NCBI GenBank assembly: GCA_048128005.1
Contig: JBEUKZ010000084.1
Location: 124,001-188,000 of the forward strand
DNA from: Veleropilina oligotropha
Taxonomy: Eukaryota
Direction: 5' to 3'
Length of the DNA stretch: 64,000 nucleotides
Shown: positions 1 through 14,300 of the stretch, in pieces
Position numbering within the stretch: the first letter of the stretch is position 1
How the letters are laid out: every line of letters begins with the position of its first letter
Made by a program: the position numbers and the translations under genes
The notes under the pieces: model-generated
Database searches by the model: none
The model's input: only the letters and a program-made list of their open reading frames with translations
What the model was told of the DNA's origin: nothing

Positions 1-83
1 CCTTATTGAGTTTAATATAAGTTAACATTTAATTTGCATGAAATGTCACAGACAATTGACTCCTTTGGAATTTGCTGAAGCAA

Positions 84-1683
84 ACACTTAAGCTACGCAC
101 CCATGTACGCGTGATGCGTATTGACCGAACCCATGTATCCGTATAAAAGCTCTGCGTGATGCGTGAACTTCAGTTCTAGAGAAGGATTATAACATTAAAT
201 ATGCTCTTTTCATATATATTATAGATAGTATCCTGGTAAACAAATTATAATACGTATCCCTTCAATATTTAGTTCCACAGGTATGCTCTTATAAAAAGCA
301 GAAAGGAGAAAGGCCTCTTTAATATAACTTGTTCTGTGCCATATATGCGTCTGTAAATAAATATATTATATCTTCTAATGACATAAATATTAATAATTTA
401 TTTCTTATAGAGCGCATTTTGCATTATAAATCCCTCAATGCTCTTTACATTGTAATTCTACATTCTAAAATATTAAATGAGTAAAAGAGAAAACGTATGA
501 TAATATATATCAACATAAAATGGCAAATTGTAAATTTTAAGAAATTAAATGAGTAAAAGAGTACAATATAAAATATTATATGAATAAAAGAGAAAAGATC
601 ATATAAAATATACAAGTTATAACAAAAGCTAAAAGGAATATAATGCATATATTAAGAGATTATGTTATTAATTCATTATTCCAAAATGTTGCTAAGTAGG
701 TTTGTTAGGTAGATAACTACATAATTATCTAGATAATAAGACCCCATAAATGAGTGGATATGGCAGAATTATGCCACCATACAAAATATTATCCTAGGAA
801 AATAATATAAAATTGTTCCATAATTTCAAATATAAGCTATTATGTATATAACACAAGCTTTTAAATTTAAATCACGATATCTTGTAATAATGCTTTTCAG
901 CGAAATCATATTTTGTAGGCCTATGTGTGTGCGCTTTTGTGTTTGGGTACGCATACATATGAGGATGTGAGAATCAGATTGCACTATCTCCATAAAATAC
1001 AAGGCCATTAATGGACCTATAATATTAATACACAATAATTAATATAATATATAATTAATATCAAATATACTTAGACATAATAGGCCGATTGGAATACACT
1101 GTATATGTAATGATAAATTTACGTTAATTCTTTACTACCAATATCTGACATAGTAGACTTTGGGTTTCACCTCCTCAGATATTACAAGTTATATAAATGA
1201 TTTATTTTGCCAAACAAAGAAAATATTGAATGAAATCATTCCGATGACAATGTGTTCAGTTATATAGACCCATGATAAAGTCAATTCAGTGAATATTTAC
1301 GTTTCTCAAGTTTTGTTTTCAAATCACTGCATTAAAATTAATAACTCACTGTCGATCTTAACTGTTTATATAACAAACAAACGTCTTAACCGAGTAGATG
1401 TAACTTCCATAGTATGTGGCTCAATCAATGATGATATTGTCTTGAATTTTCATATCTTCTAATAACAAAATAAACATAAAAATGTAGGGATGAACGTTTT
1501 GACAATTTAAACTTCCTATTATTTTATGCGATAAGAAATTGTTTTCGCTGCTGCGTGTGGAACACTATCAGAGCGATCTTTACGCAGCGCCATGCGTAAT
1601 ATGCATCACGCACACATGGAATCGCTCCAATTGATTTCAGTGCATTTCGTTAACACGCGTACATGGGTGCGTAGCTTGAGTGT
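84..1683. mobile_element. Non-autonomous TIR DNA element (MITE-like, ~1.6 kb)
   Basis: ~28-bp inverted ends ACACTTAAGCTACGCACCCATGTACGCGTG / CACGCGTACATGGGTGCGTAGCTTGAGTGT; AT-rich non-coding interior. Confidence 0.7.
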
Positions 1684-2688
1684 ATAGATAATATCTGTAT
1701 TATTCATTTATAATTAACTTCTATGGCTAGGTGAATGTCTCCGTCTGAAGTTATGCAGTTTGCACATAAATAGTGATTGACCATTTCAATTTAGATTTTG
1801 TATTGGTATCATTTCATATTTGTATGCAAGATCAGGTACCTGTACTGATCAGTCGATAACATCAGGATTGCTTGCAAGCCATGATGCTATCTTTATCTTT
1901 GAAACATTTTCAATGTAAATGCTTCGAATGACTTATTTATTACTGCATGTACATAATGATATAGCTTACAATATGTATTATGTTCCATCTACAAATATAT
2001 TATTATAACATTTTGATGTTTTTTATACACTCTTTGTGAATAAATTATCGTTCTAATGTATGTGATATTTAATTATTACGGAAGATACATTCTGGTTACA
2101 TATGTACATTCTCCTTAAATATGGACTATATTTTAAAGAATCTACTCCAGTGTGCCTTTTGCATGTGAATTTGTTTTGTCATCCATTATTATGCTAATAT
2201 ACCAATCCATCTGCTGATTGTTTTATATATAATATATTTCTTTAATCGAAGTGTAAAGTTTGAGAGTAGCAAGTCTTCCTCATTACATGGATGTGTATCT
2301 CTAATTTTGCCAAATAGATACAATGAGACTTATGATTGCGACACAAAACGTTGCAGCGTGTATGGAATCAATTGATGTTATCATTTTGACATGGATCTAG
2401 AGCTCTATGGAATATTATTGTAGGGTAAAAATATTGGTGTAAAATTAGTTCAACCCGAGAATATCTACCTCAGTGTTGTCAGTACTTTGTGATTATCTGA
2501 TCTGGATGTCATCGTTTGCAGATAGCATTTCTTCTTATATTGCATTTAACAGAATCAAAATAGCAGTGAATCAAAAGAGAGCTGTAACAGTTATAAAAGG
2601 TCAGTTTGACATTTGGTATGATGTTAAATATTGTGAAAGAACTTCTGTTGTGATATCACTACTGCTAATAGCGAGTAGTATAGGTTAA

Positions 2689-2808
2689 TATATCACGAGG
2701 TTTGATTGTCTAATCGGAAAAGCGTGAAATTAAGCTACGAAGTGCGAAGCTCCGAGTTGTTTAATTGCTCGGGCTTTTCCGATTAGATAACACAAAACGA
2801 GTGATATA
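2689..2808. repeat. Imperfect ~120-bp hairpin (probable transposon-derived repeat)
   Basis: TATATCAC..TCTAATCGGAAAAGC / GCTTTTCCGATTAGA..GTGATATA inverted arms. Confidence 0.55.
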
Positions 2809-3029
2809 TCCGACTTAAACCATTGCAAAAGTGTACATAAATTTATAATAGATGATTTTAATAACCAAATACACCCGTTTTTAATGAAAGAAAGTAGTCC
2901 CATGTGGTCTAACTGAAAATATGGGTGGTTAGACCATGGGCCAAGACAATAGAATGACGTCACAAAAATGGTTTAAAGTTCGTTAGCAGTAAGCACTGTA
3001 ATGTAATTATTGTATTCCGTGCAGGTCTC

Positions 3030-3250
3030 ATCGCTTGATGGTGTAGTGGATTATCAGGATAAGAGCGTGGCTCTTAATTCAGTCTGACTGCTCTGGTTAA
3101 CAGAAGTGGGTTTTAAATCTTGGCTGGGCACGTTGTGCCGTCACAGTTGTCAATAACTGGCCAGTGCACATGTTTTTCCGGACGACCAGGGTTTCTTCCC
3201 ATGATAATATGGACATGTCCCGATATGACCCTGTAAGGGATTAAAATGAA
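3030..3250 (+). mobile_element. Degenerate tRNA-headed SINE related to the copies at 10545 and 15060
   Basis: Shared body motifs CACAGTTGTC..ACTGGCC..CGACCAGGGTTTC.TCCC..GGACATGTCC. Confidence 0.5.
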
Positions 3251-4149
3251 ACATGCAATACTGAAAACTTCATGCTCCAAATGTTACCTTGTTATAAATT
3301 AACCTACAATTACTAATTTATTGCCGATGTTATAATTGTACATTTTGTCGACGCAAATGATGCTGTGTCCACTTTCTTGTTCTAGTTTTCAGACATGTAC
3401 CAACCTTTCCTTGATATTGTATGTTATATGTTGAAATATGATTTGTTATTGTTAGTTTGATTATTGTACACGACGATTTATCATCTAGACACCTGTACTG
3501 CCTTGTATGAAAGGTAGATTGTCATGTTGAACTTATATGATGAACATTGGGCATTTTGTTTGCTGATTATATTGTATATTCCTCTGGAGTGCCGAGCCGA
3601 GATCAAAATGTGTACATAACAATATGCTGTATTTTAAGAATGTATATTGCTTTAGATTCGCCAATTATTCTTTAGTGGTAAAAATATTTTTTAATGATAA
3701 ATGTTTTCTTACATGTTTTTGTAAAAAAATGAGTTTTTATCAGGAATGCAAAATCCTTAAGGTGATGTTATAATTTGAGTGATGCATTATCACAAGGTAA
3801 CATCCAATACAGCTTTAACCCTCAATTGTTCTGCTTGCTTTGCTGCTTAAATGCTGCATCTTAAAGATCTATTGTATTTTAATAGCAGTAAGTTGTTTTA
3901 TAATCCATAGCTTGTATGTAAATACTAGGATTGTTCTGCAAAGAGACTAGTTTCCTATAAATACTCAATTGTATTGGTCTGAAGCAATATATTGAATAAG
4001 GATATCAGTCTGCTGTATATACTTTGTTTAGGAATATATACATTTAAATATATATATTTAATACAATTAATAAAAGAACAAAATTAATGTCTTGTGATTC
4101 TTCAATCTATGAAAGAAATGATTTGTCTTTGAAAATGGCCTGGAAGATT

Positions 4150-4633
4150 TTCTTATTTACGGCCTTAGTGCGAGTTAGTTCTCACCAACATTCTTGACGC
4201 GGAGAGGTCGAGATTGATTTAAGACATTTTGAAGAGAACGGTCTACATATGGAGAAAACAACAAAATGGTGTTAGATATTTCACGGCCCTTGACAGGGTA
4301 ATTTCTCTGAAATATCCAACACCAACGAGTTGAGTAAATGTTGTTAATTGTTCCAAGTGATGACATGATGTAAAATTGTTTACTTACTTTGGAACTTGTT
4401 TTGAACGTGCTACGATGTTTCGACTGCACATCTAGCAGTCTTGATCGCGTAGTGATCTCGTTTGCCGCTGGGAGCGCTCAGGAAACAGGCTGTGATAGAT
4501 GGCGGGCAGTTGATATCCCTGGTCATGGTTCATGGTGTGTTTTTGCTCACCATGAACCGTGACCAGGGATATCAACTGCCTGCCATCTACCACAGCCTGT
4601 TTCCTGAGTGCTCCCAGCGGCAAACGAGATCAC
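4150..4633 (-). mobile_element. Penelope-like retroelement remnant with inverted pseudo-LTR
   Basis: 86-bp arms (4452-4537, 4548-4633) each encoding MNR/HDQGYQLPAIYHSL, typical of the C-terminal end of Penelope GIY-YIG domains; hammerhead-like stem GACTGC-TAGATGT-GCAGTC-GAAAC and a GTAAGT donor follow on the minus strand; left limit approximate. Confidence 0.65.
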
Positions 4634-5165
4634 CATCGAGTTGTTATGCCCCCAAAAACGAAGTTTAGGGGGCATATAGGAGTCTTGTTTATCCTACGTA
4701 TATTAAAACATTTTTCAATTAAACAATCGCTCGATTTCCCATTAGGTGCCTCTATCAGAGTTGATCAATGTTGGATATTTGACTGAGTCTTGATTTTGCC
4801 ATTGATTATATTAATAGGTTTCAAATATTCAACGAAGGTGCGGAGAGAGACCATAATTCTATGATTGGATCCTGAGAATAAACAACTATACGACGTCACA
4901 GAAATGTTTAAAATAATAATGGGCCTGCGATTTCCTAACGTGATATGTGGAATATCACGATGTGACGGTACCCTTCATGGCGTTAAATGGGACAATGAAA
5001 ACTTGGATATCGTCAGATGCAACTGTTTCATAGCTTTTTCCAAATACAGCATGCATTGTTCATTAAGTTGTAACATGGAACAAATCAAATATTCAAGGCT
5101 TTATTGGTCATCATATAGACTGCAACCGACTCGATAATAACAGAGATCTTTCACAATGATATTTA

Positions 5166-5363
5166 TTAGCTAAAGTCGTTGCCCAATGGATCCAACACAT
5201 GGATTTTCTTGGTCAGTGTTTGTTTTGGGAACAGGTAGTCCTTCATAATGGTATCCAGTTCATCCGTTGCCAAATGAACGTGAAACAGCACGCCCTCGTC
5301 TTGTTCTGTGCTGCGGAGTAGCTTCAATAATCTGTACACGTCGCGTAGGACTGAACCCAGCAT
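5166..5363 (-). CDS. TANGO6: TANGO6 last coding exon
   Basis: LRDVYRLLK..HVHLATDELDTIMKDYLFP; TAA stop overlapped by AATAAA. Confidence 0.92.
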   Translation of the reverse strand: MLGSVLRDVYRLLKLLRSTEQDEGVLFHVHLATDELDTIMKDYLFPKQTLTKKIHVLDPLGNDFS

Positions 5364-8300
5364 CTGGAAAACACTAGCGAGGATAAAATGGTGATGTCAT
5401 GTCAGACTGTCAAACTTCATCTTCCCACAAAAAGAAAGCTTACTGATTTGTTTGATATGCTCGTCAGTTTTAAAATTAAAGTAACTGCTACGAGCACATT
5501 TAAAATTTGTGCAATGTAGCAGTTTTGGTTTGGATCGATGTTTAAAGAGACGATTGCTCATAAATGCGCTCTTTCTTTTTATGCCCCGGGACAATAGTCC
5601 CGAAGGGCATATAGCTTTCACTTTGTATGCGTGTGTGTCCGGATTTGGTTAAAGTTTTTCATTGAGAGTATATGGCTTTATCAAGGGACTTTTTGGCATA
5701 TATATATATGCTTTGGTATTGATTATATGGATGTTACCTGATACTCTGGCAGCAATATTGAATAAAATTTAATTTAATTATTGCAAATAAATTGGTGTTT
5801 TTTAACATAGAAATTCTGGTTAGAATTTCCGGTTCGTTTTTTATTGAGTGTATATGGCTTGCTCAAGGGACTTTTTGGCAAATGCATGCTTTGGTATTGA
5901 TTATATGAATGTTACCTGATACTTTGGCAGTGATAATGATTAAAATTTAATTTAATTTATGCAAATAAATGGGTGTTTTTTAACATAGAAATTCTGGTTA
6001 GAAATTTCTGGTTAGTTTTTCATTTGAGTGTATATGACTTGCTCCTTGGACTTTTTGGCATATATATGCTTAGTTATTGATTATGTGGATGTTACCTGAT
6101 ACTCTGGCAGTGATAATGAATAAAATTTAATTTAATTTATGCAAATAAATTGGTGTTTTTGAAATTAGAAATTCGGATTCGAATTTTCGGTTAAAGTGTT
6201 GAGCGTATATGGCTTGATTAAGGGACTTTTTGCCATATGTATGCTGTGATCTTGATTATATTGACATTATGTGGTACTCGGGCAGTGATATTTAATAAAA
6301 TTCAATTAATTATTGCAAATAAATTGGTGCTTTTGAGCATAGAAATTATCGTTATAATTTTTGGTTCAAGTTCTTCCGTGAGTGTATATAATGGGGTGTT
6401 GAAGGCGGTTTTTGGAATATATTTATGTGCTTTGGTATTGTTATATGGATGGCACATGGCAGATATAGTGCATAAAATTGGTGTTTTTGGAAATAGAAAT
6501 TTGGTTAAAGTTTTTCATTGAGTGTATATGGCTTGCTCAAGGGACATTTTGGCATATATATGCTTTGGTATTGATTATATGAATGTTACCTGATTCTCTG
6601 ATTCTATGGTAGTGGTATTGAATAATATTTTAATTTAATTTATGCAAATAAATTGGTGTTTTTAAACATAGAAATTCCTATTTGAATTTTCAGTTAAAGT
6701 TTTTCATTAAGTGTATATGGCTTGCTCAAGGGACTTTTTGGCATATATATGATTTGATATTGATTATATCGATGTTACCTGATAGTCTTGCAGTAATATT
6801 GAATAAAATTTAATTTAATTTATGCAAATAAATTGGTGTTTTTAACACAGAAATTCTGATTAGAATTTATGGTTGAAGTTTTTCATTGAGCGTATATGAC
6901 TTGCTTAAGGAACTCTTCGGCATATATTATATGCTTTGGTATTGATTATATGAATGTTACCTGAGACTCTGGCAGTGAATATATTTGATAAAATTGAGTT
7001 AATTATTGCAAATAAAAATTTTATTAAGGGTCTTTTCGGCATATGAATGCTTTGGTATTGATTATATGGATGTTACCTGGGACTCTGGTAGTGGTATGTA
7101 ATAAAATTTCATTCATTATAATAATTGCAAATAAATTTGTGTTTTTTAACATAGAAATTCTGGTTAAAGTTTCCTGTGTATGTGTATGGGCTGCGGAAGG
7201 CTCTATTCGGAGTATATTTATATGCTTTGGTATTATTATATGGATGTCATATGGCAGTGATAGTGACTAAAATTTAATTTAATTATTGCATAAAATTGGT
7301 GTTTTTAGACATAGAAACTTTGTGAAAGTTTTCGTTTAAAATATTTTCAAAGAGTTCATATGGGTGATCAAGACGCTTTTTGTATACACATACTTTGGTA
7401 GTTAATATATTGATGATGCCGGGGCATACCCATGTTCCGGGGAATATAGTTTTTCTAGTTTAAAAAGAAAACTAACCGCATTACACTTTTTGTTTATAAC
7501 ATAAAAAGTTAGGAATATTCAACACTCAAACTTTCCTCAGTAATTTGCTACCGTTTAAATTAATCGCTACTGAATATTAATTACCTCGCACCGGGTGCAT
7601 TTCCAATTACCTATTTGGAGCACAGTTGCATAGGTTTCTGCTCGTCAAGTGAGATAGCTTTCTACTTGACAATAATATATATTGCCCAGTTACAATAATA
7701 ATTTCAATAAAAGTATCATTTGATCATATATCGATCATATCTTCGCTAAATTTGTATCAATCTGCGCGAATCGTGCGATAGAGGGTGATCAGTCATGCTA
7801 CACAGTCACGAAAAGAGCGCATTATAGCTCTTGTATTCGAATATAAGGTCATGCCCTTATATGTGAGAACGTTTAAATTTTGAAACTAGTAAATCGCAAT
7901 ATTCCGCTTATAAGGGCAACATGTCCAACCAACTTCCCATTTAGCAAATAAACATCCACAGAGTTGTTGTGAGATGGTTTTTCAGCCTTGCGTAATGTCA
8001 AATACATTAATTTGTCCGAAAAAATTGTGTAAATGTTAACGCCTTTCACCGCACTATGCAAAATAGCAACACTAAATCCCGATAATGATTCTATCGAAGT
8101 CATCGTTCGACGTCGACATGCAGGCGCAGACCACGTGGAAGCAAATTTGTTATTACCAATGTTATTACCAATGTTCATATTATTTAGTAGTGTTAATATT
8201 GTCATTATTATGATTTATTGCCATAATAAACAAATATAAAGCAAAACAAGAATATCACTGCATAATATTGTTTTATCAAGTGCCATACTATATTGCATGC

Positions 8301-11300
8301 CCTTATAAGTGAATTATTGCCATGCCCTTATATTCGAATATAAGAGCATGCCCTTATAAACGGGAGCATTTAAATTTTTAAGGCGATCAAAATATGCAAA
8401 AATTCACTTATAAGGGCATGCCCTTATAAGCGCGATTATATGGTACGGACAATAGTCTCTTTAATATCCTGTTAATTTGCAACCTGCAAGTTCATATAGG
8501 ACATCCATACTACTGTACTATCGCGTGAGGAAACCCGCCATCTCCGGACAGTTATGGACAACTGTGATCGAGTTATTTTCCTTAATTAAATTTATATGAA
8601 ATATATCATTAAATGCACAGGTATTTTCAAATTGATAATGATTGTGTCAAATCTGCCACTTGACTGGTAACCTATCAACATTATTCTGCGACCTTTGTAC
8701 CTGTATCGTGTCTTGAGCAGAACCCTGCAGTAACATCGTAATCACCAGGCATGCCGCTTTACGCACCTCGGGTTCAGAGTCGGATTTCAATAAACTGCTG
8801 CAACATTGAAAAATCTGAAATAAATGGAAATAATAAATAATTATATTATTTACACTGCACACAACAGCAGCCGTGCGTTCAGGATCGATTGTCCAGCAAA
8901 ACGTTTTTCAAAAGCGCTTTGCACCCTTGTTAAACGCTCTTTGGTGTCGAAAATGTTTTCCAAAATGGCCGACTTTATTTACTGATCAACGAATGTGCTA
9001 ATGATAACACCCTTATGCCTGTCAATCTCAGTAGTGAGCTTCCATGCTATTAAACCTGCTCCTTGTTTGTCACTACTGGACACACCAAACCGTGTCGAAG
9101 GCTATATATTGACACTTTCGTCCCGCATTTCCGAAATTATGATTAAATAAACATAGAACTCCAAAACGACAACATCCATAATTCTGGTAAAATCCGATTG
9201 TTATTACAACAATCAACTATAAATAACAATTAATGACATAATATAAAAAGTGGCTTTCTTTCGTGTCACCAGCCGCTGCTTAAAGGATTTGTGAACCAAA
9301 ACTCATAATATAGGCGAAACTTTCCACTATACTGCATATTCCTATCATATTATTTGTTGTGTTAGTCTTTCATGAATGTCCATGTTTGTTGTAGGCTGAC
9401 CTGGCGAAATCAATCAGCTCAAGTACAGTCATATTTTCAGGTCAGGGGTCACAATGGACAGGCCACTCGGAATCTTTTCAATTTTCATTGGCAACATCCT
9501 TGTTCGCAAATTGGTTGCTCAACAGGAACAAGAGCATTAGAACTCGTGGGTCTAGTGTGTCGTCACCTAATAAATGTTCGGGAAATTTCGGGGTGACTTG
9601 CCAAGGATCTTTAGTATCCATGTTTTGATAATCTAAATCATGGCGCTACCGATAAGAGAATAAATAAATATACGATAGCATTGTTATTATCCAGAATATA
9701 TACGTGTTCACAACTCCTTTAACTTTTCGGTCATTATTATTATTTACATAAATATTTGCCTATAATCCTATGCTAAATGCTGAATTATGTAGTTATCTGC
9801 CCCTGCTAGAATCTGTCGAATACAGCATATAAACAAGTGGTAAAGCACTATAAGCTATCGGTAGAAACTTTAACTTAAACTAATTTCTTCCTAATTTACA
9901 TATTATTCGATTAAGACTATTAATAGTTTGTTGCTCCTAAATGTCTCCCAAGTTGGAAAATATATTTGTCAGTCCCAATTTTATTCACAGTCGATCTTTC
10001 GTCCGCCATTTTGGTCGCGCCGCAAGTAGCCTCCGAAGGTTGCACACCGTTTACAAAACGTTTCAGAAAGCGCTCTGTCAATTGAACGGCTAAAGAGAAA
10101 ACATTTTGCATCCTGAATGCACGGCAGTTACTGGCTTCATGACAATGGAGTGGAGTCGACAACCTTGGTCTATGACCCCTTTGCAATTTTTCAGCCTTAA
10201 AGTGGTCGAGACACCCGGTTTAAGGTCTCGCTCCGATCTGACCGACATACATTAGAGATATGCCATCTATTAGTTTTAAGCCTTAGAATAAGCCAGGCCG
10301 GAGCGGGCTTGAACCCACATCCTACCGTCCCACATAATGTTTTTCCGACGCTCTAACCAGTTGAGCTATCGAGGACGGTGGCTTCATGTGAAATGAATGT
10401 ATTGGATGAATGAATGATATAACAACACTAACAATTTTTCAGCCTGAATCTGATCAATCATTTTGAATGATGAAAAGAATTGACCCTGTAGCTGAATGAA
10501 GACAACATACGCATTGGATGGGGATTCTGTCACCGTATATGAGGAGGAATTATGCTTAATGTCCTGTATATTTATAACATCGAGGTTCAAGGCAGGACAT
10601 GTCCGTGTTATCGCGGGAGGAAACCCCGGTCGCCCGGGTAAACCCGCCCTCTTCGGCCAGTCACGGACAACTGTGCTTCATAACTTGAACAAATGTGTGC
10701 TGCCTCAGCCGGGGGTCGATCCCACTACTGTTCGCGTCAGCGGAAACAAGCCAGTGAATTTAGAGTGGACACTCTACCCACTGCGCTACCGAAGCGTCCG
10801 TCACCGTATATGAAGCTGGAGACCAAACCATTTGGCTATGCTGCTCCCAACAAATAATAAATCCCACACCTGAACATGACGGTCAGCTATATATAGGCAA
10901 GATGGCAGCAATATTACAGGATAGGCATGCATTATCTAAACAGGGATATTAAAACCAAAAACTTTTCATATTTTTTATCTCAAAGAAGAAAAATAGCCCA
11001 GTACCTCGTTGATAACGTTGCCAAGAGAAAATCGCAATAATTTGCAGAGTTCTCCCAGGTTCGACATACTGCTCGCTCTCACAAGGTGATCTTCATCACG
11101 AGATCCAGACAAAATGGCCGGTAATAAAACATTGCGGTACTTGGGAATCATGTCTCCTATGAACAAAATATGATGTTTTAACTAGGGCCTTTATCGTAGT
11201 TACAATTCTGCACAACAAAATATATCATAAACACCTATTAAAATGTATCATAATAATATTTGCGATGCATGAATTGATCAGTACTGATTCTCATTAGATA

Positions 11301-14300
11301 TTATAAATTATTACTTCTGTTAAAGCTACACTCAATGGAATGAAAGGAAAGATATAACTGTGCTTGACTGTAGGTAACATTGTTTGTGTTATTAAACAAT
11401 ATTGTATATAAAATATTCTGTCATGGCTTCACATCTACTGGACGCAGTTATTCTTCATATCCAATAGACTGCATCAGTAGCATGGGCTCTCAAATCACTA
11501 TCTTGACTTTAGGTTTAGTAATAATTTTCCCAAGAAAAAAAGCTTTCCTCTTGAGACATTTATGAAAATATGGGCCCTTCCTAGTACGAACCAGAAGGTT
11601 GTTGAAATGGACATTATTCAAAGATCCAAGCTCGATAATCATTCATCAAATACTCAAGTTATCAGCATTACCCGAGAGGAATATGGGTCTTTGTTTCTAT
11701 TATGGGAATATTTTCAAAGACAAAATGAAGTGACACAAGTATGGTGATTCATTGAATTATCATAATACTATAAAATTGTTGTATTAAGATTTGAATTAAG
11801 ATAAATAACCATGAATCATTTGAGCAGCTATCACTCACCTAAATTTCTTGATGCTTTCACCAAGCACTCTCCTAATTTTATCCTCAAAGTAACATCTTTA
11901 TTTGTCCTATTGAAATCAGCAAACAAAGTCGCTAACTTTGGTATTATAATATCCGGGAATATATTGGCCAACGCTACCAGGCCATTCACAGAATTCAGAT
12001 ACAGGTATGTGTCATCATGCGATAGATTCTCCAGGAAAATTTTCAAAACGGTGTCTTGTTTTTCTAGCGTTTCTGTGTCTTGGGCCTGCACTAATTTTGT
12101 TAGCGTGATCAGAGCATGACCTCGAACAGGTATGTGCGGATCACAAAGTTCTTCGAACGCCTCACGGAGTTTTGACTTTTGCATGTCTTGAGTCGTCACT
12201 GATGATGCTCCTGTTTGTTCAGAGATTCCATCTTTCAAGGCATCGTTACTTTTATTATCTGCAGCAGTGGTTTCAGTTGTTTCTCTTTTTATCATTTTTT
12301 CCTCACTGATGACCTCTATTTTCGGCTTGCTTTTGATGATATCTGTTCCTGCATTTACAGTCCTATTTACTTTCACCTAAAATATTTGTGTAAATATCAT
12401 AAACTAAATATTCATGCAAAATATTCGTTCAGAATAATACTAAAACTGATGGTTGTGTTCGCAAATTGATACAATATGTGCTAAAATCAATAAATGGAAA
12501 TTTATATAATTGGATTTTATTTCTCTAGTAAACTCCCCGCGTTCATCATATTATGCAAGGGAAGACCACAAGAGGGAGTAGATTACAACACAGCAAATTA
12601 TTATTTTCAGCATACTGTGGAGACTATACATAGTTAATAGCAACCGTGTATGCAGGCATACAGGACACAAGCCTAGTTATTGAAATCATTTTTAAAATGC
12701 TAATGGCGATAATAAAGTGATAGGGATTTAGGTTCACCTTTAAAAAGACTTGTAACTCTGGATGACCAGAGATAGCAAATAAATGTATCCCATGTCAAGT
12801 TGCGAAAGTTCAATCAAGTAAAAGTATGTATATGTCAGTTATCAATTAATACCAAGTGAGTTGATCCTCTTCATGTTACAAGTTCATGTAAACATACATG
12901 AAACCTCCAAAATATATGATGAAACATGCCAAATCATCGGTTTATGGGTCATTGTGATGAAAAATTTTAATTATGCCACAAACAGAGTTTGAATTAACAC
13001 CTAATTCAGCAGATTAGATTATCCCATATAATTTATAGTTCATTCTAATCTCACCTGTTTTACAGCAGCACCTACATTTTTGGAAGACATTTTCAACAGC
13101 TCCGACCAGACGACGCCATGAGTGGCTATGGCAACCCTTATATCAGCGGCCATTTCTTTCACACTCAGATCGGGGTGAGAGGTCGCAATCTGCTCAAACA
13201 AGGGGAGTAACTCATTCATTTTACATCTATCTTCATCAGTAATCTGTAATTAAAAATATATAAAAAGATGTTTTATAAACATGTCTGAGTCAGACAAATA
13301 ATCTACCAAATACGATACAATGCGATCATTGATTTTTCATAACTACATTACTCTAGCACACCAATTTTGTTTAGTTTTCAGCATGTTCACTCTTATTGTG
13401 TAACCCTTTACCTACTTGAAGAGGAAGGAACCATAATTTATTAACAAAGTCGTCGCTATTCACAAGGAATTCTTGAGGAATTTTTCCCTTGCACCAACAA
13501 GTTTCAAGATAATTTTTGTATCCACAAAATAATCACCAAGGTCCATGTCAGCTTTAGCATTAATTAATATTGTCACATAAACAGTCGCTGCTGATCCAAT
13601 GTATATTTGACATTTATCCTCTTATATAATAATAATAATGTGAAGATTTATCTGCACTTTCCCACACATACGAGATGCGTGCTCAAAGCGCTTACATTAT
13701 TATTCCCTGGTTATTGGCCTGTTCATTCAATATACATTCAATATTCCTTCCTGCCAACCAGGTACTCATTTAGATCTCGGATCGGCTGGGTGAACCGAGG
13801 CAATATATGCTAAATTCCTTACCCAAGGGAAGTCGCCGGGATTGGGGTTGAACCCCAAACCTCTCGACTGAGAGGTCAGTGCATCTACCTCGTGTAACAA
13901 TTTTTACTTCTATGAAATCTGAGCTTGGTTTAACATCTCGTTTGAAGTCAGAGTAATAATATTTTAAGTCATTCTCTCTATTAGCTTTATGCAATAGAAT
14001 TAGCTAAACCGCCAATGAAATTTTTAGCTTGTGTTCTTCTGCACCACATTTTGAGTATTTTTTTCACGTACAATTTATAGAACATAACACGAAATAATTG
14101 GTGCTGAGCTTTCGATGACTCATTGAAGTAACTGACTGTCGCATTGCTACAATTTCATTAAATGTCATCATACCAGTTCATAGAAGAGATCATTTTAAAA
14201 GATTTGAGTTCATATAAGACCAGGTAAACTTTGTATGGTTTAAAGAATAATGGAAGTGAATGCGCACCCCTAGCCCTTCAGCCAACATGGCGTCCATTTG

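Noticed and set aside
445..2963. Short AT-rich ORFs
   Set aside because: Low complexity, mostly non-ATG starts, within MITE or intergenic DNA.
4432..4668. Two near-identical ORFs on opposite strands
   Set aside because: Artefact of the 86-bp palindrome.
5640..7400. Regularly spaced repeats (also 17570-18430 and 53264-53446) as CRISPR arrays
   Set aside because: Whole units repeat with no unique spacers, there are no cas genes, and the context is eukaryotic.
10296..10380. tRNA gene
   Set aside because: A and B boxes are present but there is no proper anticodon arm or acceptor stem; it fits a SINE head.
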